In this document: one piece after another, positions 44,246-53,370 of the stretch
Layout of the letters: every line of letters starts with the position of its first letter
Position numbering within the stretch: position 1 is the first letter of the stretch
Assembly: GCA_049678505.1 (NCBI GenBank)
Contig: JBAUEH010000111.1
Location: 3,626 to 67,625, forward strand
Source: Candidatus Acidiferrales bacterium
GTDB lineage: Bacteria > Acidobacteriota > Terriglobia > Acidiferrales > UBA7541
Direction: 5' to 3'
Length of the DNA: 64,000 nucleotides
Notes under the pieces: generated by a model
The model's database searches: none
Told to the model about the DNA's origin: nothing
Seen by the model: only the letters and a program-made list of their open reading frames with translations
Program-made: the position numbers and the translations under genes

Positions 44246-44632
44246 ATGCCACTCCCCCTCGACATTCGCAAGAAGCCCATCGACGTCAAGGTTCACATCT
44301 CGACGGATGCTGGCGTTGACATCACCTGGTCAGACGCGCACACCAGTCACTACGACTTTCCCTATCTTCGCGAACATTGCCCTTGTGCCACATGCAGAGA
44401 AACGCATGACAAGCATGCTGAGGTCGATGCGAAGACAGCCGGTGGATCCTCGGCACTTCCCATGTTCAAGCCCAAGATAACTGCTCGCGCCGCGGCGACG
44501 GTAGGGAACTACGCCGTTCAAATCGAATTCACCGACGGCCATTCTACGGGCATCTATAGCTTCGACCACCTCCGTGAAATCTGTCCTTGCGAAGCTTGCG
44601 CCCGCGAATTTCGAGCGTTTCACACGGGGTAA
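44246..44632 (+). CDS. DUF971 (gamma-butyrobetaine hydroxylase N-terminal-like) protein
   Basis: Two half-repeats: ITWSDAHTSHYDFPYLREHCPCATC and IEFTDGHSTGIYSFDHLREICPCEAC. Confidence 0.75.
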   Translation: MPLPLDIRKKPIDVKVHISTDAGVDITWSDAHTSHYDFPYLREHCPCATCRETHDKHAEVDAKTAGGSSALPMFKPKITARAAATVGNYAVQIEFTDGHSTGIYSFDHLREICPCEACAREFRAFHTG

Positions 44633-44709
44633 CTCCTGCGATTTCTGTTTCCTGCTGACTATTTATTTTTCTCGCCAAACACCGTATAGTCACTTCCCAC
44701 GTCGTTTTC

Positions 44710-46965
44710 ATGGCTTCCAATCCTTTAAATCCCGGTTCGCAGCGTCCCGTTGCCAACGTGCTCGTCGCCACCACGGCGATGCTCAGTTTTATTTCTTTCT
44801 GGCGCGCCGGGGCCATCGTTCTCAACGACCTCGCCTCCTCCGCCTATTACGCTGGCGGTGAAGCCGAGCAGTTCATAGGTAAGTCCGCGCCCTGGTTCAT
44901 TCTCGGGGTTATGCTGCTTGCGTACGCGGTCTCTTTGATCTACGTCGAGAGCTGCAGCATGTTCGTTCGCGGCGGCGTTTATCGCGTCGTGAAGGAAGCC
45001 ATGGGCGGCACGCTCGCCAAATTTTCCGTCTCTGCCCTGATGTTCGACTACATCCTAACTGGCCCCATTAGCGGTGTCGCCGCAGGCCAGTACATCGCGG
45101 GCTTGGGCAACGAACTCCTCCACTACGCCCACATTCACCTTTCCCTGCACGTAAATGCCACTGCGGCAGCTATTGCGATCCTCGTCACCGTTTATTTCTG
45201 GTGGCAAAACGTCAAAGGTATTCCGGAATCAAGCGAAAAAGCTCTGCGCATCATGGAACTCACCACCGTCATGGTGGTAGTTCTCATCGTTTGGTGCGTT
45301 TACACCATTTGGGTACGCGGTGTTCACTGGCCGCCCGCGCCGGTTGCTCGCAATGTGGTTCTCGACAAACATTCTCTCGGTTGGCTCACGAATTTCCGCT
45401 GGGCTCACGCGCTTACCCTGGTAATCATTTTTGTCGGCCTGGGCCATTCTGTTCTGGCCATGAGCGGCGAAGAGACCCTCGCTCAGGTTTACCGCGAAAT
45501 TGAGCACCCCAAGCTCCCCAACCTCAAGAAAACGGCTCTCATCATTTTCATTTATAGCCTGCTCTTCACCGCGCTGGTTTCCTTTTTCGCGGTCATGATT
45601 ATTCCCGACCACATCCGCCCGCACTTCTTCGAAAATCTCATCGGCGGCCTTGCCATGAGTTTGCAAGGCCCCTTCGGGCTTCGCCTGGCTTTTCATGTTT
45701 TTGTCGTCATCGTGGGCATGCTGATTCTTTCTGGCGCGGTCAATACCGCCATCGTTGGCTCCAATGGGGTCCTCAGCCGTGTCTCGGAAGATGGTGTTCT
45801 CACCGATTGGTTTCGCCATCCGCATCGCCGGTTCGGCACATCTCATCGCATCATTACCTCCGTTGCCGTCCTTCAAATCATCACGATTCTTATCAGCCGC
45901 GGAGACGTAGATTTCCTCGGCAACCTCTACGCCTTCGGGGTTATTTGGAGTTTTGCACTAAAAGGAATTGCCGTCCTCGTTCTCCGCTACACGCATCCGC
46001 AAGACCGCGAATATCGCGTACCTCTGAATTTCACGATTGCTGGCAAGGAAATTCCTGTGGGGCTCGCTCTCATCACCCTCGTTCTTTTGCTTATTGCGGT
46101 CGTCAACTTGTTCACTAAGCCCGACGCCACCATCGCTGGCGTTGTCTTCTCCGGACTTCTCTTCATCGGGTTTACTCTGTCAGAACGAAGCGTTCGCCGC
46201 CGCGTAGGCAGCACCCAGGCAGCCGAACTTGACCAGTTCAATCTTGCCGAGGAGGCCGATCTATCTCCGGCAAGCGTGGGCGTGCGTCCAGGCAATGTGC
46301 TTGTGCCGGTGAGCAACTACTACGCGCTCTATCATCTTCATTCCGCCCTGGAACGTCTCAAAGCGAACGAGCAGGACGTTGTCGTGCTCCACATTCGTTT
46401 GCTGCGCCGCGCCGCATCGGGAGAATACGACCTCCGTCCCGATCAACTTTTCAGCACCATCGAGCAGCTGCTGTTCACAAAAGTTCTGGCCATCGCTGAA
46501 AAAGAAGGCAAGCCCGTGCGCCTCGCCGTCGCCGCTGCCAACGACCTCTGGGACGGCATTTTGCGCGCCGGCGCGAATCTGCAATCCAGCAGCATCATCG
46601 TTGGCAGCTCCTCGAAAATGCCCATCAACGAGCAAGCGCGTGAAGTCGGCCTTGCCTGGGAGCGCATGCTGGAGCCTCGTCCCCGTCTCGCTCTCGATAT
46701 TTTTACCCCCGGCGGACAGGAACGCATTTTCTACCTCGGGCCGCATGCACCTCATCTCACACCCAAGGAAATCGATCTTCTCCACAATGTCTGGCTTCAG
46801 TTAGGCAACGATCTACCGGGTGAGGACTTGCACCATCATGACATCATCCATTTTGCTTTGACCGAACTCACCCGCGAGATGTCTCAGGACCAGGGCAACG
46901 GCGTGCTCGACCGTCTCCGCGAGCATCTTCGCGAGATCAAAGACCGGCGCCCGCCCACGCCATAG
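44710..46965 (+). CDS. APC-superfamily amino-acid permease fused to a C-terminal universal-stress-protein-like domain
   Basis: About 12 TM helices in the first ~480 aa. A USP-like alpha/beta region follows (NVLVPVSNYYALYHL...VVVLHIRLL...PVRLAVAAANDLWDGILRAGANLQSSSIIVGSS). Confidence 0.75.
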   Translation: MASNPLNPGSQRPVANVLVATTAMLSFISFWRAGAIVLNDLASSAYYAGGEAEQFIGKSAPWFILGVMLLAYAVSLIYVESCSMFVRGGVYRVVKEAMGGTLAKFSVSALMFDYILTGPISGVAAGQYIAGLGNELLHYAHIHLSLHVNATAAAIAILVTVYFWWQNVKGIPESSEKALRIMELTTVMVVVLIVWCVYTIWVRGVHWPPAPVARNVVLDKHSLGWLTNFRWAHALTLVIIFVGLGHSVLAMSGEETLAQVYREIEHPKLPNLKKTALIIFIYSLLFTALVSFFAVMIIPDHIRPHFFENLIGGLAMSLQGPFGLRLAFHVFVVIVGMLILSGAVNTAIVGSNGVLSRVSEDGVLTDWFRHPHRRFGTSHRIITSVAVLQIITILISRGDVDFLGNLYAFGVIWSFALKGIAVLVLRYTHPQDREYRVPLNFTIAGKEIPVGLALITLVLLLIAVVNLFTKPDATIAGVVFSGLLFIGFTLSERSVRRRVGSTQAAELDQFNLAEEADLSPASVGVRPGNVLVPVSNYYALYHLHSALERLKANEQDVVVLHIRLLRRAASGEYDLRPDQLFSTIEQLLFTKVLAIAEKEGKPVRLAVAAANDLWDGILRAGANLQSSSIIVGSSSKMPINEQAREVGLAWERMLEPRPRLALDIFTPGGQERIFYLGPHAPHLTPKEIDLLHNVWLQLGNDLPGEDLHHHDIIHFALTELTREMSQDQGNGVLDRLREHLREIKDRRPPTP

Positions 46966-47016
46966 CGTGCACCTTTGCTGGCATTTACTGCTTTTCTTCA
47001 GGCCAGAGTTCCGGCA

Positions 47017-47454
47017 TCAGACTGTCACAGCCGCCGTGCAAAACGCGCACTTCGTCGCTTTCAGCGGAATCGTCGACAAGCAATACGGACAATTCTTGGT
47101 CGTCGGCGTCGGTGGCGGCCCGGGCTTGGTGGTCCACCGATTGATTTGTTTCACCACCAGAAAAATCACGAACGCCACAATCAGGAAATCAATCACCGTA
47201 TTGATGAAGGTCCCGTAGTTGATCGTCGCCGCTCCGGCTGCTTTCGCGGCGGCGAGCGTCGGATAGCCTGTACCAGAAATGTTGAAAAACCGATCGTTGA
47301 AGTCCACTTTTCCCAGGAGCAGCCCGATCGGCGGCATAATCACATCGCTCACCAGCGAAGTCACGATCCTCCCGAACGCCGCGCCGATGATGATGCCAAC
47401 GGCCATGTCCATTACATTGCCCTTCATCGCAAATTCTTTGAATTCTTTCAGCAT
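47017..47454 (-). CDS. mscL: large-conductance mechanosensitive channel MscL with a Cys4 C-terminal tail
   Basis: [31 protein letters not shown]...VIMPPIG is the canonical MscL N-terminus and TM1. The tail is [29 protein letters not shown]. Confidence 0.9.
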   Translation of the reverse strand: MLKEFKEFAMKGNVMDMAVGIIIGAAFGRIVTSLVSDVIMPPIGLLLGKVDFNDRFFNISGTGYPTLAAAKAAGAATINYGTFINTVIDFLIVAFVIFLVVKQINRWTTKPGPPPTPTTKNCPYCLSTIPLKATKCAFCTAAVTV

Positions 47455-47674
47455 AGAGTTTCCTTTCCCATTCTCGCAGCCTTCGCATTTTCAAAAGATG
47501 TTTTGATTCGGTGGGCTGGGGCCCAAGGTAAGCAATCGCGCGCATTATACTGCCATTTGTGATTCGCGCTGCATTCCAGTAAATTTGCAGAAGGAACGAG
47601 GGCGAGTTTTCAAACCCGTCCTTCTGTAGCTCTCGCCATGCTAGAATGCCTTTCCTTTTGCTCTGAATCATTGC

Positions 47675-48634
47675 GTGTTGCAGCAGAATCCAATACTTCG
47701 GGAGCGTTTCGTGCACAAAGTGGTCATTATCGGCAGCGGTTGCGCTGGTCTCACTGCCGCCATTTACGCCGCGCGAGCCAATTTGAAGCCCATCGTCATT
47801 GACGGCTTCGAGCCCGGCGGCCAGCTCACTCTCACCACCATGGTCGAGAATTTCCCCGGCTTTCCCAGCGGCATTCTCGGCCCGGAGCTCACCGAAGCCA
47901 TGCGCAAACAAGCCCAGCACTTCGGCGCTGAATTCCGCGCCGGTGCGGTCACTTCCGTTGATTTGAAGAAACGCCCGTTCAAGATCGAAGCGGTGAAAGA
48001 ACAATTCGAAGCCGAAACGCTCATCGTTGCCGCAGGCGCTTCCGCGCGTCTTCTCGGCCTCGAATCTGAGCGCCAGCTCATCGGCCACGGCGTTTCCACT
48101 TGCGCCACCTGCGACGGCTATTTTTTTCGCGGCAAGGAAATCGCCGTCGTAGGCGGCGGTGACACCGCCATGGAAGAGGCCACTTTCCTCACGCGTTTCG
48201 CGAAGAAAGTGAACATTCTTCACCGCCGTCGCGACTTTCGCGCCTCCAAAATTATGCTCGACCGCGCCCGCGCCAACGATAAGATTCGCTTTGTCACGCC
48301 GGTGGTTGTCGAAGAGGTTCTCGACCCGTCCAAACAAAGCGTCGAAGCCGTCAAACTTCGCAATCTCGACGACAACAAAACATCGATTCTTCCTCTCGAT
48401 GGTTTGTTCGTCGGCATTGGCCACAAGCCCAACACAAAAATCTTTCGCGATCAGCTCGACATGGACGACACTGGCTACCTCAAGACCCATCATGGCAGCC
48501 GTACCAACGTCGAAGGAGTTTTCGCTGCTGGCGACGTGCAAGACAAAGTCTATCGCCAGGCTATCACCGCCGCCGGTTCCGGCTGCATGGCTGCCATGGA
48601 CGCCGAAAGATTCCTCGAATCTCAGTCCCACTGA
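47675..48634 (+). CDS. trxB: thioredoxin-disulfide reductase
   Basis: FAD motif VVIIGSGCAGLTAA, redox-active CATCDG, NADPH motif VVGGGDTAMEEA. The start could instead be GTG 47711. Confidence 0.9.
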   Translation: MLQQNPILRERFVHKVVIIGSGCAGLTAAIYAARANLKPIVIDGFEPGGQLTLTTMVENFPGFPSGILGPELTEAMRKQAQHFGAEFRAGAVTSVDLKKRPFKIEAVKEQFEAETLIVAAGASARLLGLESERQLIGHGVSTCATCDGYFFRGKEIAVVGGGDTAMEEATFLTRFAKKVNILHRRRDFRASKIMLDRARANDKIRFVTPVVVEEVLDPSKQSVEAVKLRNLDDNKTSILPLDGLFVGIGHKPNTKIFRDQLDMDDTGYLKTHHGSRTNVEGVFAAGDVQDKVYRQAITAAGSGCMAAMDAERFLESQSH

Positions 48635-48782
48635 CGGATTGGCATCCGGACGAGAGGGCGGATCGAACACATTTCCTTAACGTCGCAACCGTCGCTCGCT
48701 TTCATACGTCTTTTGCTCTCATGACAGACTCGCGACTGCATTGCAAACGCGCGCGAATGCCTTTATTCTTCTTCCGGCCCTG

Positions 48783-49697
48783 ATGCTGCGTTCCATTCTC
48801 CTTGCGCTCTCGCAAAGTCCTCGCGTCGCCCGCTTCGTTACGCGCAACAATGTCAGCCGCCGGGTTGTCCGCCGTTTCGTTGCTGGAGAGCACCTCGACG
48901 ACGCCGTCGCCGCGGTCCGCGCCCTCAACCACGCCGGACGTCTTGCCTCCCTCGACTGCCTCGGCGAAAGCGTTGCTACCGAAGAGGAAGCGCGCCGCGC
49001 CGCCGCGGCCTACTCCGGCATGTTCGATCGCATCGCTGCCGAAAAACTCACTTGTAACGTATCGCTCAAGCTCACGCAGCTCGGCCTGGACACGAGCCAG
49101 CCGCTTTGCGAAGAACTGCTTGCCGAAATTGTCAATCGCGCCGCCGCGCAAGGCAACTTCGTCCGTATTGATATGGAGAGTTCCGCTTATACTGGCCGCA
49201 CCATAGACATCTGCAAGCGCGTGCGCGCCAAAACGGATTCCGTCGGCACCGTCCTGCAGTCCTATCTTTTCCGCACCGAGCAGGACGCGCGCGACCTTGT
49301 CGCCTCCGGCTGCCGGCTTCGCCTCGTCAAAGGCGCTTACAAAGAGCCTCCCAGCGTCGCCTTCCCGCAAAAATCCGACGTGGACGCTAACTACATCAAA
49401 GTGATGAAAGTGCTGCTTGCCAGCGGGATTTATCACGGCATCGCGACGCACGACCCGCGCATGCTCGAGGCCACCAAGAAATTTGCTTCCGAGAAGGGGA
49501 TTCGCACCGAGCAGTTTGAGTTTCAGATGTTGTACGGGATTCGCACCGACTTGCAGGAGCAGTTGATTCGCGAAGGCTACCGTCTCCGCGTCTATGTTCC
49601 TTACGGTTCCGACTGGTTTCCCTATTTTATGCGCCGTCTTGCCGAACGCCCGGCCAACCTCAAATTCTTCCTCTCCAACCTCTTTCGCTCAGGCTAA
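48783..49697 (+). CDS. monofunctional proline dehydrogenase
   Basis: About 305 aa with a C-terminus typical of the family (MLYGIRTDLQEQL...RVYVPYGSDWFPYFMRRLAERPANL). The start was moved to ATG 48783. Confidence 0.78.
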   Translation: MLRSILLALSQSPRVARFVTRNNVSRRVVRRFVAGEHLDDAVAAVRALNHAGRLASLDCLGESVATEEEARRAAAAYSGMFDRIAAEKLTCNVSLKLTQLGLDTSQPLCEELLAEIVNRAAAQGNFVRIDMESSAYTGRTIDICKRVRAKTDSVGTVLQSYLFRTEQDARDLVASGCRLRLVKGAYKEPPSVAFPQKSDVDANYIKVMKVLLASGIYHGIATHDPRMLEATKKFASEKGIRTEQFEFQMLYGIRTDLQEQLIREGYRLRVYVPYGSDWFPYFMRRLAERPANLKFFLSNLFRSG

Positions 49698-49747
49698 ATG
49701 TCTCGGTGTATGATTACGCGCGCTTCTCAGTCGGCCACGGAGAACCC

Positions 49748-51580
49748 ATGAGTCGAGCATCTGCATTTGCAACAACCGCAGTCTTCGCCACCATCGTCGC
49801 AGCTTGTTTCTTCGTGGTCAGCGCCGCTCAAAGCTCTCACCGTAAAGCAGGCGAAATCGCCGTAAGCTCTGCGACCGTCCATCGCGCGCTGCACTTCGAC
49901 GTCTCCGGGCCCCTCGTGTTGCTTCACAGCGCAAACACCGCGACGCAGACTGCCGATTGCGAAGGCGCCAGATGTGGATTGTCCCCAGGTAGGCCGTCTG
50001 ACGATTCGCAGCAGCAGAATCCGCCTGGGCCTCCGCCCGCGCCGGCAATCACCGCGGCTGGTGCCGCAGTCGAGCAAACATCCCAAGGCCAGCAACCGTC
50101 TGTTCCAGTTCTCGACAGTTTCGACGGCCTCGGCGCTGGCTTCAAAGGCCCGCAGAGTTCGCAAGGTCCCGCCTTCTTCCGCAATCCGTCCGACAATAGC
50201 CTCGCCGTTGGCCCCAATCACATCGTGCAGATCGTCAACACGCGTATCGCCGTCTACACGAAAAAGGGCGCGCGCTACGACAACACGGGAACTGTCCTCT
50301 ACGGCCCTGTTCCCACCAACGCGATCTTTGCCGGCTTCGGTGGCGTCTGCGAGGAGCGCGACAACGGTGACGCCGTCGTTCGCTACGACCAGCTAGCCAA
50401 CCGCTGGCTCGTCGTGATGCCAATCTTCAGCCCCATTCCCACTGCCGAGGGCCGCAAGCGTGGCGCTCTCGCTGGCCAGCCTGTCAAACCCGGCCACGCG
50501 TCGATTCCCGGCGCGCCCGGCGCTCCGCCCGCAAATCCCGTGCAGGCGCAAGGTCCCTACGCCATGTGCTACGCCGTGAGCGTCAGCAGCGATCCTCTCG
50601 GCAAGTATTATCGATACGCCTTCGAGCGCACACTGTTCCCCGACTATCCTCGTCCCGCGATCTGGCCCGATGGCTACTACGTCCCTACCAGCACGGGAGA
50701 CACCGTCATTCAGAAACACGTCTGCATCGCCGATCGCAACAAAATGCTGAAAGGCCTTCCCGCCACCGAACAGTGCCTGATCGTCGATGGCGTGAACTTC
50801 CTCAATAACGCCGACATCGACGGCCAGCGCCTGCCGCCGCCGGGCGCGCCAAACATCATGATGGCCGCTGGAGGCACGCAGCTTAGAAAAGTTTTCGAGG
50901 ACGATGGCATTTATTTCTGGAAGGTTCACGTCGACTGGCGCAATCCACAGAACACCAAAGCCATCGGCCCGGTGAAAATCTCCGTCGCACCATATCACTA
51001 TCTTTGTGATGGCCAATTGAGCAGTTGCGTGCCGCAGCCTGGCACGGATCAACGTCTCGACTCGCAAGGCGACAAGCTCATGCAGCGCCTCGTGTATCGC
51101 AACTTCGGCGATTACGAATCCATCGTCGCCGCGCACTCCATCACCACCAAAGCAGGAGGAGGTGGCGTTCGCTGGTACGAATTCCGCCTCGATGAGAATC
51201 GCAACCCAGTTCTCTACCAGCAGAGCACCTACGCACCCGACGCCTTTTACCGTTGGATGCCCAGCATCGCCATGGACAAGAACGGCGACATCAGCGTTGG
51301 CTATTCCTTTGGCGGCACTCCGGATTTCCCAGGTCAGCGGTTTGCCGCACGCCTTGCTTCCGACCCCAAGGGCCTGCTGACTTTCCACGAGACTGTCCTC
51401 GTCGACGGCCAAGCGTCGCAAACCAACACGCTTCGCTGGGAGGACTACACCACAACGGCCATTGACCCGAGCGATGACTGCACGTTTTGGTACGTCGGCG
51501 ATTACATCAAATCCGGTGCCCCAACCTACAGCACACGCATCGGCTCCTTCCGCCTTCCCGGCTGCGATGCCAGCCACTAG
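49748..51580 (+). CDS. large secreted hypothetical protein
   Basis: Signal peptide MSRASAFATTAVFATIVAACFFVVSAAQS with GGAG upstream. 610 aa. I cannot assign a family with confidence. C-terminal segments such as RWEDYTTTAIDPSDDCTFWYVGDY recall beta-propeller hydrolase-like proteins. Confidence 0.65.
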   Translation: MSRASAFATTAVFATIVAACFFVVSAAQSSHRKAGEIAVSSATVHRALHFDVSGPLVLLHSANTATQTADCEGARCGLSPGRPSDDSQQQNPPGPPPAPAITAAGAAVEQTSQGQQPSVPVLDSFDGLGAGFKGPQSSQGPAFFRNPSDNSLAVGPNHIVQIVNTRIAVYTKKGARYDNTGTVLYGPVPTNAIFAGFGGVCEERDNGDAVVRYDQLANRWLVVMPIFSPIPTAEGRKRGALAGQPVKPGHASIPGAPGAPPANPVQAQGPYAMCYAVSVSSDPLGKYYRYAFERTLFPDYPRPAIWPDGYYVPTSTGDTVIQKHVCIADRNKMLKGLPATEQCLIVDGVNFLNNADIDGQRLPPPGAPNIMMAAGGTQLRKVFEDDGIYFWKVHVDWRNPQNTKAIGPVKISVAPYHYLCDGQLSSCVPQPGTDQRLDSQGDKLMQRLVYRNFGDYESIVAAHSITTKAGGGGVRWYEFRLDENRNPVLYQQSTYAPDAFYRWMPSIAMDKNGDISVGYSFGGTPDFPGQRFAARLASDPKGLLTFHETVLVDGQASQTNTLRWEDYTTTAIDPSDDCTFWYVGDYIKSGAPTYSTRIGSFRLPGCDASH

Positions 51581-51645
51581 GATGGTGTTCTTGAGGCCGT
51601 GCGTGCGGGATTGTGCTTGACGACACGTCAGGAAAGAGAGAGCAC

Positions 51646-52035
51646 ATGAGCAAACTCGATCACGTCACGTTCGCAGTCAAAAACTGGCGAATTTCGCGTG
51701 ACTGGTACGTCCTAAACCTCGGATTGAAGCGTGAATTCGAAGTGCCCAATGGCGGACAGGCCAAGCTCGGCGTCGCCGCGCTGCAGGATGACTCCGGCTT
51801 GACTCTTTTTCTCGAGCAGGTCACCGGAAGCATTCCCGCTTGCGGATGCGTTCACAATTTTCAGGTCGCCGACGTGGATGCGAAGTATCGCGAACTCTCC
51901 GCTTCCGGCGTCAAATTCTTGCGCGCCCCGCAAAAGCTCTACTGGGGTTACGGCGCCGAGCTCGCCGACCCCGACGGCCACATCATTTACCTGTGGGACG
52001 AAAAATCCATGCGCGAAAAGGGAGGAGGTTCCTAG
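51646..52035 (+). CDS. VOC (glyoxalase/bleomycin-resistance fold) family protein
   Basis: 129 aa with KLDHVTFAVKNWRISRDWY...FLEQV...HNFQVADVD...GAELADPDGHIIYLWD. Confidence 0.75.
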   Translation: MSKLDHVTFAVKNWRISRDWYVLNLGLKREFEVPNGGQAKLGVAALQDDSGLTLFLEQVTGSIPACGCVHNFQVADVDAKYRELSASGVKFLRAPQKLYWGYGAELADPDGHIIYLWDEKSMREKGGGS

Positions 52036-52144
52036 CCCCATTGGTTCGTTCACGCGCGCATACGGTTCCTCATCTTGTTAATTCGCGGTGAATCCTGAAT
52101 AATAGTTCGAAGTTTCGCGGCGCTCTCAGCGCTGCGCACTCCAT

Positions 52145-52219
52145 GGCGCTATGGTGCAATGGTTAGCACGCGGCCCTTTCAAGGCTGAAATACGGGTTCG
52201 ACTCCCGTTAGCGCTACCA
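52145..52219 (+). tRNA. tRNA-Glu (anticodon UUC)
   Basis: Manual cloverleaf: acceptor GGCGCTA/TAGCGCT (G1:U72 wobble), D arm GTGC-AATGGTTA-GCAC, anticodon arm CGGCC-CTTTCAA-GGCTG, a 4-nt variable loop, T arm ACGGG-TTCGACT-CCCGT, discriminator A, and an encoded CCA. Confidence 0.85.
52173..52219 (+). repeat. 47-bp perfect direct repeat, copy 1 (3' part of tRNA-Glu; attL-like)
   Basis: gccctttcaaggctgaaatacgggttcgactcccgttagcgctacca is identical to 53371-53417. Confidence 0.9.
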
Positions 52220-52467
52220 AATCTTCTTTTTTGAACCGTATTGCTTCCAATCAAATAGAACAATACTAGGGGGTTATCTCGAGATCCGGGAATGCCGATC
52301 GCGGTGCCTTTGAGATGGCAGAAATGGCGCGCAGGTCACCTTTTCACAGCCTACGCCAACCGAGATGTTAAATCAATGCCCTACCATTTTGAACACTACC
52401 TGTCCATCAGTACAGCTTGGCGGATCGCGCGAGTGCCCCGCATGATAAGGGACAGGGGGAAATCATC

Positions 52468-52848
52468 ATGAACGAGATAGGTTCTTCCCGTGTATTTTGG
52501 TTTATCTGCGGATGTGTGCTGAGCGCAGTCGTTTTCGGGGTTTATTCATTCACCTTCTACCAGCACGTCCACGCGGCGCAAAATACCAACCAACAGGGTA
52601 TCCAGCAGCAAATGCAGAATATTTCGGCCCAACTAACGGAAGCTGACCAAGAGCGCGATGCTTGCCGGGCGAAGTTTAGCAGGGAAACAGTTTTGTATGA
52701 CCCGTCTGAAGTATTTGGTATACGTGAGAAAACGTGGATTATTCCGGCTGACATTACTCCTCAATATGTTGGCGCGAGGCGAGGCGCTCAGGTCAGTCAC
52801 TACGACCCCAAAACGCAAGACGAAACGGTCAAACAGCCAGCGCAGTAA
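52468..52848 (+). CDS. islet ORF A: small single-pass membrane protein
   Basis: 126 aa from ATG 52468 (GGGGGA upstream), TM helix VFWFICGCVLSAVVFGVYSFTFY, then a Gln-rich helical segment. Confidence 0.5.
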   Translation: MNEIGSSRVFWFICGCVLSAVVFGVYSFTFYQHVHAAQNTNQQGIQQQMQNISAQLTEADQERDACRAKFSRETVLYDPSEVFGIREKTWIIPADITPQYVGARRGAQVSHYDPKTQDETVKQPAQ

Positions 52849-52942
52849 ATAACGCAAAGGACGACCGATGCCCATTCATTTGTTGGCACTGTCAACGTTC
52901 CTGAAGTTCAGAAAAGCAAAGCCGTCGAAGGAGAAAAAAGAG

Positions 52943-53092
52943 ATGGTAACTAAGGACTTCGATGCACACGTAACGAAGAAAGTTCCGACGAACGTAAAGT
53001 TCAAGACGCGGGCTGGCAAGAAGGTCCGATTCACCGCTGAAAAGCCGACACGTGTCAAAACGCATGTCCATTTCAAAACCCGCAAGCCCTAA
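52943..53092 (+). CDS. islet ORF B: 49-aa highly basic peptide with internal repeats
   Basis: ATG 52943 is preceded by AAGGAG. The sequence is MVTKDFDAHVTKKVPTNVKFKTRAGKKVRFTAEKPTRVKTHVHFKTRKP. Confidence 0.4.
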   Translation: MVTKDFDAHVTKKVPTNVKFKTRAGKKVRFTAEKPTRVKTHVHFKTRKP

Positions 53093-53096
53093 GCAC

Positions 53097-53294
53097 ATGG
53101 CAGACGGCGAACAGTTTCTTGAACGGTGGACCGTAGTGCAGATTGATCGCAAGATGTTTTTAGTGCGAGATAAAAATGATGATCCAGACTATGCAGGTTT
53201 CCGGTCACGGCAAGAGAATATGAACGGCTACGTGCTGCCAAAAGTGCAGAAGATTTTCTGCGGCTACTTCTTGAGTTCGAGAGCACCTTGTTGA
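53097..53294 (+). CDS. islet ORF C: small hypothetical protein
   Basis: 65 aa from ATG 53097 (MADGEQFLERWTVVQIDRKMFLVRDKNDDPDYAGF...). No clear RBS, and coding status is uncertain. Confidence 0.3.
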   Translation: MADGEQFLERWTVVQIDRKMFLVRDKNDDPDYAGFRSRQENMNGYVLPKVQKIFCGYFLSSRAPC

Positions 53295-53370
53295 AATGAA
53301 AACGGTCCGAAAAAATTGATACAAAATCCTGAAAACAACGAAAAAAGCCAAGTAAAACGCGATATTGCCA

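Noticed and set aside
47189-48670. 493-aa ORF on the minus strand
   Set aside because: It lies entirely antisense to trxB, which has clear FAD, CATCDG and NADPH motifs. Its Gly/Ala/Arg-rich composition is that of a shadow frame, and it also overlaps mscL.
50393-51577. 394-aa ORF on the minus strand
   Set aside because: It is antisense to the 610-aa secreted-protein gene, which has a signal peptide and an RBS. The antisense ORF has a low-complexity Ala/Gly/Val/Arg composition.
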